A DNA stretch of 64,000 nt, from positions 83,893 through 147,892 of the forward strand of contig CAYJCZ010000002.1 of NCBI GenBank assembly GCA_964368835.1. The letters are read 5' to 3'. The position numbers and the translations under genes are program-made. Positions 50,301 through 57,735 of the stretch are shown piece after piece. Source of the stretch: an uncultured Candidatus Saccharibacteria bacterium (GTDB taxonomy: Bacteria; Patescibacteriota; Minisyncoccia; Phycocordibacterales; UBA6065). Numbering within the stretch: position 1 is the first letter of the stretch; every line of letters starts with the position of its first letter. A model generated the notes under the pieces. That model was not told where the DNA came from. It saw nothing but the letters and a program-made list of their open reading frames with translations, and did not search any database.

Positions 50301-52488
50301 TCCAACATCTGAAAATATTAACTTTACCGTCTCTCCAGCAAGTGGTCTCTCAACAAGCGAAGCTGGTGCAACTGCCGCATTTACTGTCGTTTTGGACTCA
50401 GCACCGCTCGCTCCTGTTGAATTGAAGGTGCAAAGCAATGATTTGACTGAAGGTACTACTGCGCCCCTATCGGTGCTTACATTTAGCCCTTCTAACTGGA
50501 ATGTAACCCAAACTGTGGTTGTTACGGGTGTAGATGACTCTCAAGATGACGGTGATGTTACTTATAGTGTCCAAATCGGACCAGTTGTCAGCCAGGATAT
50601 AAATTGGAGCGGTCTAGGTGCAAAGGCTGTTTCGCTTGTAAATATCGATAATGATGGTGGTAATGGCGGCGGCGGTACAAATCAACCGGGTTCAGTGTCT
50701 TCGTTTAGTGCTAATCCAAGCACCGTACTAAGTGGTGAAAGCTCGCTTTTGAGCTGGAATTCATCAAATGCAACTGCCTGCCTCGCTTCTGGCGCATGGT
50801 CAGGATATAAGTCGGTTTCAGGTTCTGAGTCTGTGGGTCCGCTTACAACTACCGCGACAACAGTACTTACCTATAGCTTGAGCTGTGGAAACGTGTACGG
50901 AACCTCTACACAAGATGTGACGGTAACAGTAAATCCTAACGGTGGTGGCGGAAACAACAATCAGGCTGCAATCACATCATTTACCATAGACCCAAACACA
51001 ATAACGAGCGGCGGCTCAGCGACTCTTGCGTGGACATCTTCAAACGCTAACCTCTGCGTGGCTTCAGACTCTTGGACCGGTAGCAAAAATACCTCTGGAT
51101 CAGAGTCAGTCGGTCCATTTACGACTGATTCGGCTATAACCAAGACTTTTAGCCTAGCCTGCGGCAATGCTACGGGTACATCTACGAGCTCAGTGACATT
51201 GACGGTGAACCCTACTACGGGTGGTGGCGGCGGCGATCCAGTGCCAGATTTTATACTTGCACCTATATCAGGCCTTGTTACAAGTGAAGGTGGTCTAGCG
51301 GCTGTCTTTACTATCCGACTCTCTCGAGCGCCGGGAGCAAACGTCATGTTGCCTATAACAAGCTCTGATTTTTCAGAAGGTACGACATCGACTTCAACCA
51401 TTCTCTTTACACCTTCAAACTGGGGTACAGAGCAGACAGTAATTGTGACTGGTATTGATGATTCTGATAAAGATGGGGATATTGCATATGCAGTAGTGAT
51501 CGGAAACTCTACAAGCACTGATTCTGTGTGGAATAACCTTGCTTCTAAGACGGTTTCGGTTACAAATACAGATAATGATGGAACTAGCGGTGGTGGAGGA
51601 GGTTCATCAGGAGGCGGCGGAGGTGGCGGTGGAGGAGGCGGAGGCAATAACTCTGGCCCATGTTACGGCTTCAACTGCCCTGCAACCACTACCCCTACTA
51701 CAACAGGACCTGGAGGTGTAATTACATTCCCTACGGGGGGTGGTTCTGTTGCTGGAGCAACAACTGGTCCGGAATATGTATGCCCTGCTGGAAACTATAT
51801 AACAGTGTTTATGAGGATCGGGGCTGACAACATTCCTGCTGAAGTGCGAAAGCTTCAGATATTCCTTAATACAGAAGAAGGAGCTGGACTCATTGTCAGT
51901 GGTGAATTTGATGCAGCTACTGAAGCAGCGGTAAAGAATCTTCAGTCAAAGTATTCGGAAGAGATTCTTGCACCATGGGGAGTTACTGAACCTACCGGCA
52001 TTGTGTATTTGACTACTACACGTCATATCAACACGGTCATGTGCGAAGGTGGTCCAAAGGACACTGTCCTTTATCCTTCGGCTACTACAACGGACGGCCT
52101 CATTGGGGAGGCTACATCTACTACAAGCCTTGAAAACCTAGCTCTTTTGGGCATGTTAAAGGGAATACATTGGTACGCGATCCTCATAATCCTGCTCATT
52201 ATACTGGGTTCTGGCCTCATAATTTCGGCAATAATAAGAAAAGACCGTCTCATAGACGAAACATACACGACCTTTATAAAGGGCGCTGCAGTCCTCGCGA
52301 TAGGAACTGTCCTTAATGTCCTTAATAGCTTGTCCTTTATACTTAACCCTCAGTGGTTTACTCAGAAGACTGGACTTACGCTTACATGGCTTATTGGACT
52401 CGATATATTTAACCTTGCTGCCCTCATCGTCGTTTGTCTTGTAGGTATCATTAATCTCTATACCCGAAGCACTGATTCGAATCAGTAA
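47389..52488 (+). CDS. giant surface protein (about 1,700 aa): signal peptide, 9 PKD domains, 2 Calx-beta-like domains flanking 2 Cys-containing Ig-like repeats, poly-Gly linker, PG_binding_1-like domain, C-terminal 3-TM anchor
   Basis: Signal peptide ALLLAYVLQPFSVFA. Nine repeats of the PKD signature (DPEGDQVSYGFDWDNDGTVD...TWSxxGTYTVxVxARD). Two modules with NW..TQTVvVTGvDDS.DDGDv.Y (Calx-beta/cadherin-like). (G)12 tract. VRKLQIFLNTEEGAGLIVSGEFDAATEAAVKNLQSKYS is a PG-binding domain. Three C-terminal hydrophobic helices. The ORF begins at 47338, but MNPIRL (47389) gives a proper signal peptide. Confidence 0.85.
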   Translation: MNPIRLNFGISIKKAFAGALLLAYVLQPFSVFADEGGFNFAPSNPSVSGPSTGQPNTAYTFTASANDPEGDQVSYGFDWDNDGTVDNYSGYVDSGSSASASYTWSGPGTYTISVVARDVWGQYSGFSSLMISVASSNPNPNPNPNPTPNTAPSNPSLTAPSTVQTNTPATFTATASDAQGDSIVYGFDWNNDGTSDQFTGAVSSGSSASASHEWSSAGTYTVSVVARDMSGATSGSSQFTITVTTPSNPPVNPPAPVNVAPGAPLLSFNGTAVNSDITFTATASDTNGDQINYGFDWNDDGVIDGYTGYVASGVSAQLSHSWSEVGTYTVKAYARDIWGNFSSASQIQVNVTSTGPVVVNTAPNTPFVGGSQNTTVNVSEGFTVTASDPQGDSVTYGFDWDNNGVVDEYTDFMPSGTSASVSHSWASAGNYTFKVYAKDTWSAVSNATSFTISVTGTTNPPVQQNRAPNAPTVTSNGTAINSNITFTASATDPDGDQLNYGFDWDDDGVIDDYTGFVPSGVSAQLSHSWPSAGTYIVAGHARDIWGNFSEGTSLVITVTSSGPVTVNTAPNLPVVGGNTAGVVGVSESFTVTASDPQGDDLVYGFDWDNNGVVDEYTATVHSGISQALSHTWNEPGTYSFKVYARDVWSAVSTPAVFTITISSPVVNLPPTNPSVMVAGSTINSPITFTALSTDPEGDQISYGFDWDNDGVIDEYSGLTSSGVSAAASHVWTTSGTYTVKVYAKDAFGHFSGATTVEVTVNGVVVIVNTAPSAPTVAGPTTGYVNETYTFVFTATDPQNDEVKYSVDWNNDGTVDEYSAFVPSGTSASLSHSFSAEGVYTFKAFAQDNRDAVSNPSTFTISISNRTTVVNQAPLVELLDSPAQGIVNTSYSFTARATDPENNPVSYAFDWDNDGSIGTVSGEEWSSEVTSGTSITRSNSWSTSGTKTYRVFARDSLGAQSSASAQIAITGGPTSENINFTVSPASGLSTSEAGATAAFTVVLDSAPLAPVELKVQSNDLTEGTTAPLSVLTFSPSNWNVTQTVVVTGVDDSQDDGDVTYSVQIGPVVSQDINWSGLGAKAVSLVNIDNDGGNGGGGTNQPGSVSSFSANPSTVLSGESSLLSWNSSNATACLASGAWSGYKSVSGSESVGPLTTTATTVLTYSLSCGNVYGTSTQDVTVTVNPNGGGGNNNQAAITSFTIDPNTITSGGSATLAWTSSNANLCVASDSWTGSKNTSGSESVGPFTTDSAITKTFSLACGNATGTSTSSVTLTVNPTTGGGGGDPVPDFILAPISGLVTSEGGLAAVFTIRLSRAPGANVMLPITSSDFSEGTTSTSTILFTPSNWGTEQTVIVTGIDDSDKDGDIAYAVVIGNSTSTDSVWNNLASKTVSVTNTDNDGTSGGGGGSSGGGGGGGGGGGGNNSGPCYGFNCPATTTPTTTGPGGVITFPTGGGSVAGATTGPEYVCPAGNYITVFMRIGADNIPAEVRKLQIFLNTEEGAGLIVSGEFDAATEAAVKNLQSKYSEEILAPWGVTEPTGIVYLTTTRHINTVMCEGGPKDTVLYPSATTTDGLIGEATSTTSLENLALLGMLKGIHWYAILIILLIILGSGLIISAIIRKDRLIDETYTTFIKGAAVLAIGTVLNVLNSLSFILNPQWFTQKTGLTLTWLIGLDIFNLAALIVVCLVGIINLYTRSTDSNQ
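51590..51646 (+). repeat. (GGN)n tracts encoding G5-SS-G12 linker
   Basis: ggt ggt gga gga ggt tca tca gga ggc ggc gga ggt ggc ggt gga gga ggc gga ggc. Confidence 0.9.
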
Positions 52489-52500
52489 ACAAGCCAAGAA

Positions 52501-52535
52501 AGGCGGTCGCCTGTCTACAGGCGACCGCCTTTCTA
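52501..52535 (+). terminator. rho-independent terminator
   Basis: AGGCGGTCGCCTG-tcta-CAGGCGACCGCCT hairpin followed by TTCTATTT. Confidence 0.85.
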
Positions 52536-52553
52536 TTTGGTATACTCAATCAC

Positions 52554-52928
52554 ATGAAAACGAATACATCGAATATTGTTATTGGTCTTGCAGTCGTATT
52601 TATCATAGGAGGTATGATCTGGTATTCCCAGATGCCTGGTAAGTATGATGGCTTTGCAGGCTGTATTAAGGATAGTGGTGCAACATTTTACGGCGCATTC
52701 TGGTGCCCACATTGCCAAGAGCAAAAGAAGTTGTTTGGTAAATCAGCAAGCAATCTTCCATATGTCGAATGTTCAACAGTTGATGGCCAGGGTCAGCTTC
52801 CAGTCTGTAAAGATGCAAAAGTTGAAACATACCCAACATGGGAATTTAAAGGTGGTACACGACAGACGGGTACCCTTTCACTTACTGAACTCGCATCTTC
52901 GACTAACTGTGAACTTGTAACTGACTAA
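52554..52928 (+). CDS. membrane-anchored thioredoxin-fold thiol-disulfide oxidoreductase (CPHC active site)
   Basis: N-terminal TM helix; FYGAFWCPHCQEQK active-site motif. Confidence 0.75.
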   Translation: MKTNTSNIVIGLAVVFIIGGMIWYSQMPGKYDGFAGCIKDSGATFYGAFWCPHCQEQKKLFGKSASNLPYVECSTVDGQGQLPVCKDAKVETYPTWEFKGGTRQTGTLSLTELASSTNCELVTD

Positions 52929-52932
52929 AGCA

Positions 52933-53499
52933 ATGCAAGCACTCGCAACGAGCATGAATAATTTGTGGAGCGTTCTCGCAATCGTTGCGCAAATAATCTC
53001 GATTGTGATTATTGGGATTATCCTTACCCGGAAGACTCCAGCGTTTCTTTCCACGATAGTTTTAAAAATTTCAAACAATGCCGTGCTTGTGGTTTTTGTT
53101 GTCTCGCTTCTTGCAACATTAGGTAGTCTTATATATTCAGACGTAATTGGATATGAGCCGTGCAAATTGTGCTGGTTCCAAAGGATATTCATGTATCCTT
53201 TAGTAATACTTTCAGCACTTGCACTCTGGAAAAAAGATTCAAAGATTCGCATATATGCTCTCACACTCTCGATCGTCGGAGGTTTAGTCGCACTGTTTCA
53301 CTACGTAGGACAGCTTGGATTTAACCCTTTTGGACTTGAGTGTCTTGCGATTGGTTATTCTGCTTCATGCGCAAAAAACTTCGTACTTGAATTTGGTTAT
53401 ATCACTATCCCTGTTATGGCGTTTTCTGCCTTTCTTCTTATTTCGACGACACTGTGGCTCTCGCTTCGAGATTCTAAAGCGGCGGAGGATACATATTAA
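52933..53499 (+). CDS. disulfide bond formation protein B (DsbB/BdbC-like)
   Basis: Four TM helices; EPCKLCWFQRIFMYP (CxxC) and a second Cys pair in the periplasmic loop (CLAIGYSASC). Confidence 0.75.
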   Translation: MQALATSMNNLWSVLAIVAQIISIVIIGIILTRKTPAFLSTIVLKISNNAVLVVFVVSLLATLGSLIYSDVIGYEPCKLCWFQRIFMYPLVILSALALWKKDSKIRIYALTLSIVGGLVALFHYVGQLGFNPFGLECLAIGYSASCAKNFVLEFGYITIPVMAFSAFLLISTTLWLSLRDSKAAEDTY

Positions 53500-53510
53500 T
53501 TAGAAAATTT

Positions 53511-54005
53511 ATGGAACTATTTGTAAGCTCAGTAACAATTACGACAACCTTGGTGCTTATGGTGCTTGGGGTAGCTATGGCGATCATACCTATGCTTCCG
53601 GCGCTGGCGTACATGTTTGTCATCGCGCTCGTGTTCGCTATTGTGGATGGCTTTACGCTCCTTTCATCCAATGATCTCCTTATACTCTTCGGTTTCGTCG
53701 CAATATCATTTGTCGTTGATCATGGAGCAGGACTTCTTGGTGCAAAGTACGGCGGTGCTCATACAAAATCCCTTGTTTGGGGAATTGCAGGTTCAATAGT
53801 AGGCACACTCACGTTCCCTCCACTGGGTACATTTATAGGGCTTTTCTTGGCAATATTTTTTGCCGAAATTTACTATAAAAAGCCACATGATAAAGCTTTA
53901 AAAGCGGCCGGAGGAGCACTTCTTGGAACCGCGTTTGGGGTAGTGGCAAACGTAATACTTGCCATCGCATTCGTTGGGTTTTTCTGCCTCTTTATCTTTC
54001 TTTAG
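53511..54005 (+). CDS. DUF456-family membrane protein
   Basis: GAGLLGAKYGGAHTKSLVWGIAGSIVGTLTFPPLGTFIGLFLAIFFAE matches the DUF456 core. Confidence 0.65.
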   Translation: MELFVSSVTITTTLVLMVLGVAMAIIPMLPALAYMFVIALVFAIVDGFTLLSSNDLLILFGFVAISFVVDHGAGLLGAKYGGAHTKSLVWGIAGSIVGTLTFPPLGTFIGLFLAIFFAEIYYKKPHDKALKAAGGALLGTAFGVVANVILAIAFVGFFCLFIFL

Positions 54006-54058
54006 AATACGTAATGCGTTTTCGATCGTACTAAAGAGGGAGATGTTATACTGAATTC

Positions 54059-54793
54059 ATGTTAACCAAACCAAGACTCGTAATAGGTATCGTTGTTCTA
54101 GCGCTTCTTGTGTATGCGGCTTTGGCTTTTGATGTTCCATATAGGGACAAGGTAGACGATTTTGTTACCTGCGCAGCGATGGGTAATCCTGTGATGGAAT
54201 CATATCCACGACAGTGTAGGGATAAAAAAGGGAACTTGTATGTAGAGGTAATCGCAACCACCACAACAAGTGATTTAATCCGCGTCACAAGTCCATTATC
54301 AGGAGCGCTTGTTTCCTCTCCAGTTTCGATAAAAGGAGAGGCAAGAGGAACCTGGTTTTTTGAGGCATCGTTTCCTATTACAATTCTTGCAAAAGACGGA
54401 ACCATCCTCAAGGAAAGTTTTGCTCAGGCAGAAGGTGAGTGGATGACAGAATCATTTGTCCCCTTCTCTACTTCGATTACGTTTGACGCAAAAGGAAATA
54501 CCGAAGGAATAATCAGGTTCAAGAAAGACAATCCTTCGGGCGATCCTGAGAGGGATTTGTCTGTAGACATTCCCGTGTTGTTTGGATCTACAACAACTGG
54601 TACAACCACAACCAAAGCATGTGTCATCACTGGTTGCAGCTCTCAGATTTGCTCGGACGAAGATATGGCATCAACGTGCGAGTATCGAGAAGAGTATGCA
54701 TGCTACAAGACCGCCACATGCAAACGGCAGGCTGACGGAAAGTGCGGTTGGACCCAAACAGCGGAACTTAGTTCTTGTCTTATGAATTCATAA
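54059..54793 (+). CDS. membrane-anchored protein with Gmad2 Ig-like domain and Cys-rich C-terminal module
   Basis: N-terminal TM helix. VTSPLSGALVSSPVSIKGEARGTWFFEASFPITI...WMTESFVPFSTSITF is Gmad2-like. C-terminal 50 aa carry 9 Cys. Confidence 0.55.
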   Translation: MLTKPRLVIGIVVLALLVYAALAFDVPYRDKVDDFVTCAAMGNPVMESYPRQCRDKKGNLYVEVIATTTTSDLIRVTSPLSGALVSSPVSIKGEARGTWFFEASFPITILAKDGTILKESFAQAEGEWMTESFVPFSTSITFDAKGNTEGIIRFKKDNPSGDPERDLSVDIPVLFGSTTTGTTTTKACVITGCSSQICSDEDMASTCEYREEYACYKTATCKRQADGKCGWTQTAELSSCLMNS

Positions 54794-54797
54794 ACAT

Positions 54798-55109
54798 ATG
54801 CCCAACGAAACACTTATCCATGCAGACATTTTCTTCTTTATCACTACTATTGCTCTGGTAGTTATATCAATAGGTTTATCGATTTCTTTGTTCTATATCA
54901 TAAAGATACTTCGCAACATTCGCGATATATCTGATAAGGCAAATAAGGAAAGCGATGAAATTGTTGCTGATATACAGAGATTGCGGAGGGCTGTACGGGA
55001 TGAAGGTGTAAAATGGAAAGCAGTTTCAGATTTGATTCGCCTCTTCTTTTCAAGAAAGGCAAAAAAGGTGAAGGAGGTTACCGATACGTTTAAAACTAAC
55101 CATAAATAA
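54798..55109 (+). CDS. DUF948-like small membrane protein
   Basis: N-terminal TM helix followed by a charged coiled region (LRNIRDISDKANKESDEIVADIQRLRRAV). Confidence 0.5.
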   Translation: MPNETLIHADIFFFITTIALVVISIGLSISLFYIIKILRNIRDISDKANKESDEIVADIQRLRRAVRDEGVKWKAVSDLIRLFFSRKAKKVKEVTDTFKTNHK

Positions 55110-55112
55110 TCC

Positions 55113-55490
55113 ATGACGCAAAAGAAAACAACAAATAAGGCAGGAGCGGTTGTAATGAGCATCGCAGGACTTACGGCAGCAGCGGTAGGTGCGTATTATT
55201 TGTACGGACATAAGGATGCAGCAAAGAACCGAGCGAAGATAAAAGGATGGATGCTAAAAGCTAAGGGTGAAGTCCTCGAAGAGCTTGAAAAGGCAAAGGA
55301 TGTAACCGAATCAGCATACATGGGCGCTGTAGACACTGTTGTAAAGAAATACAATGAGCTTAAGACTATCGATCCAGGAGAGCTCGGTGAATTTATGACA
55401 GAAATGAAAGATCACTGGAGTGGTATTCAGAAGACCCTTGGTAAGGCACCAATAACAAAGAAAGCAGCTCCTAAGAAGGCAAAGAAGTAG
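55113..55490 (+). CDS. hypothetical protein (YtxH-like, TM helix plus Lys-rich tail)
   Basis: 125-aa ORF with an N-terminal hydrophobic segment. Confidence 0.5.
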   Translation: MTQKKTTNKAGAVVMSIAGLTAAAVGAYYLYGHKDAAKNRAKIKGWMLKAKGEVLEELEKAKDVTESAYMGAVDTVVKKYNELKTIDPGELGEFMTEMKDHWSGIQKTLGKAPITKKAAPKKAKK

Positions 55491-55496
55491 TCATAT

Positions 55497-56243
55497 ATGA
55501 AAACTTCGTGGGGAAACGTTGCGGGCTGGTATGACGAGGTTGTAAATGATCCTGACTCATATCAGGTTCAGGTTATACTGCCGAACGTTGTACGTATCAC
55601 TGCACCCAAGAAGGATGACAGGGTGTTAGATCTTGCCTGCGGACAGGGATTTTTTTCCCACGCTTTGGCTGCACAAGGGGCGACGGTGACGGGTATAGAT
55701 ATATCTCCGGAACTTGTCTCAATAGCGAAAAAACACGCGGGTCACACCGAGGAATTTTTCGTTTCATCAGCAGATAACTTGTCGAAATTTAAAGATAAGA
55801 GTTTCGATTCTGTTGTCTGTGTCCTTGCGATTCAGAATATTGAGCGTATGAACGAGACGTTTCGTGAGGTTGGTAGAATCCTAAAGAATGGTGGAAAATT
55901 TGTCTTGGTTATCAATCATCCCGCATTTAGGATTCCTGGTAGGACAGCGTGGGGCTTTGATGAGAAGGCGAATGTTCAATATCGTAGGGTAGACGGCTAT
56001 ATGGCAGAATCCCGTACACAAATAGACATGCATCCGGGCAAGGAGGTTAAAGAGACGACGTATTCGTTCCATCACCCACTTCAGACGTATTCAAAAATGC
56101 TCGCCAACTCAGCTTTTGTCATACGACGAATCGAAGAATGGATGTCACACAAGGAAAGCGAAAAGGGTCCCCGAAAATCTGCAGAGGACAAAGCGCGAAA
56201 TGAAATTCCCCTCTTTATGTGTCTTGAGTGTATAAAGATATAA
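55497..56243 (+). CDS. class I SAM-dependent methyltransferase
   Basis: VLDLACGQGFFSHALAAQGATVTGIDIS (motif I) and the downstream motif II/III. Confidence 0.8.
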   Translation: MKTSWGNVAGWYDEVVNDPDSYQVQVILPNVVRITAPKKDDRVLDLACGQGFFSHALAAQGATVTGIDISPELVSIAKKHAGHTEEFFVSSADNLSKFKDKSFDSVVCVLAIQNIERMNETFREVGRILKNGGKFVLVINHPAFRIPGRTAWGFDEKANVQYRRVDGYMAESRTQIDMHPGKEVKETTYSFHHPLQTYSKMLANSAFVIRRIEEWMSHKESEKGPRKSAEDKARNEIPLFMCLECIKI

Positions 56244-56245
56244 CT

Positions 56246-57409
56246 TTACGCTACATCTGTGATAGCTCTTGTGTATCTAAGACCGTAGAACATAAGTAGT
56301 CCGAGGAATACGAACAATCCTTTAATATCAAATACTGTAAAGAGAAGTGTTGCGACGATAGGCGAAAGAATATAGGCAAACGGCCTCATCATACGCGAGA
56401 AGCTTATGATGTTTGTTCGTGTTACATCTACTTTCTTAAAGAAGTATGTTTCAGCCATGACTTCGATTGCCGCAGCTCCAACTCGGGTAAAGAAGAGCAC
56501 AATAGTCCAAATGACAGGGTTATGGTCATTTATAAATGCCATACAGATAGTGCTTATAGCAATAATCATAAATCCCATTGAGAGGATCTTTTTTTCGCCG
56601 TTTCTATCTGCCAATCTGCCAAGAGGAGCTTCCAGGAAGGTAAAGGGAAGAAGCATTATGGTAAATATGACGCCGATTGTAGACCAAGCAAAACCGGCGG
56701 TATTGTGGAGGTAAATCGGTGTATAGATAATCATCCATGCATAGAAGAATTGCAGAAGGAACTGTATAAGAAGGATTGCTTTGATATTTCGATCAGCCCA
56801 AACTTCCCCAAAACTTTTCCAAAACGGCAATCGGCTGTATGTGGGTTCCTTTGTGTTGCCAAGACCAAAAAATACGAGGGCAATGACCGGTAAAAGGAGA
56901 ATTCCGCTGGTTGCATAAATGTTACTGAAAACATTATCACCAAGAATGTGGGAGGCGAGAATTGGTGAAGAAAGCCACGCGAGGTTGAGAATGGTGAGAT
57001 ACGTGCCTCGGATGCTGCCTGTTTTCGTATTCGACGAGAAACCTTCGAGAAATACATCAAGGGTAAAGTTTATGAGAGAAATCGAGACGAAGTTAAGCAT
57101 GAAAGCCGAAATAATGGCGAGAGTTTGTCCGCCAACAGTGAGTCCTGCAAGTGAAAAGAGCTGGAGAAAAAGAAGGGCGAGTGTTGTTTTAAAATTTCCA
57201 AAACGCCTGAGGAAACCAGGCATTTCTATAAACATAGCAATTGCTAGGATTGAGCTTGCGGTATAGATAATACCTACAAGCTTCTCGCTCGTGAATTCAG
57301 CGAGGAAGGTGGAATTAACATAGGTTGGAATTGCGTAGCTAAGGTTATATACGCACCCAATGACGTACATAAGCACGCGTTTCCTTGAAAGGGACTTTTC
57401 TTCAGACAT
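56246..57409 (-). CDS. MFS transporter
   Basis: About 12 predicted TM helices with MFS-like organisation. Start chosen at MSEEKS (57409) because the longer ORF (to 57475) would run through a terminator hairpin. Confidence 0.75.
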   Translation of the reverse strand: MSEEKSLSRKRVLMYVIGCVYNLSYAIPTYVNSTFLAEFTSEKLVGIIYTASSILAIAMFIEMPGFLRRFGNFKTTLALLFLQLFSLAGLTVGGQTLAIISAFMLNFVSISLINFTLDVFLEGFSSNTKTGSIRGTYLTILNLAWLSSPILASHILGDNVFSNIYATSGILLLPVIALVFFGLGNTKEPTYSRLPFWKSFGEVWADRNIKAILLIQFLLQFFYAWMIIYTPIYLHNTAGFAWSTIGVIFTIMLLPFTFLEAPLGRLADRNGEKKILSMGFMIIAISTICMAFINDHNPVIWTIVLFFTRVGAAAIEVMAETYFFKKVDVTRTNIISFSRMMRPFAYILSPIVATLLFTVFDIKGLFVFLGLLMFYGLRYTRAITDVA

Positions 57410-57442
57410 ACAAAGAATTATATCAAATTTAGAAATAAAAAA

Positions 57443-57462
57443 GTGCCGCGTACTCGCGGCAC
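57443..57462 (-). terminator. rho-independent terminator (minus strand)
   Basis: GTGCCGCG-tact-CGCGGCAC hairpin with U-run on the minus strand (A-run 57435-57442). Confidence 0.65.
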
Positions 57463-57467
57463 CTGGC

Positions 57468-57659
57468 TCAAACATAGTGACTCCTTCTTTTTTTCAAAGT
57501 TCGCACCTCCTGAGCGATTTTAAGTCGATCTTGTGGAAGCGCATTTACTTTCAATCGCTCCAATCGGACGATTTCGGCATCGATTTCGGCAACATAGGTG
57601 TCCGCCTTTTTTGATGAGTTAAGGATGGCTGCAATGAAGTCAGAGATAAACGTAAGCAT
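57468..57659 (-). CDS. small hypothetical protein (63 aa)
   Basis: ORF ends immediately upstream of a minus-strand terminator; charged, helical composition. Confidence 0.4.
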   Translation of the reverse strand: MLTFISDFIAAILNSSKKADTYVAEIDAEIVRLERLKVNALPQDRLKIAQEVRTLKKRRSHYV

Positions 57660-57707
57660 GGGAAGAACAACAGTACATAGCCTATAGGATTCCCTTATTT
57701 AGTCAAA

Positions 57708-57732
57708 CAAAAACCGCCCGGAGGCGGCTTTT
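57708..57732 (-). terminator. rho-independent terminator for rnj (minus strand)
   Basis: CCGCC-tccg-GGCGG hairpin followed by UUUUUGUUUG on the minus strand. Confidence 0.7.
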
Positions 57733-57735
57733 GCT

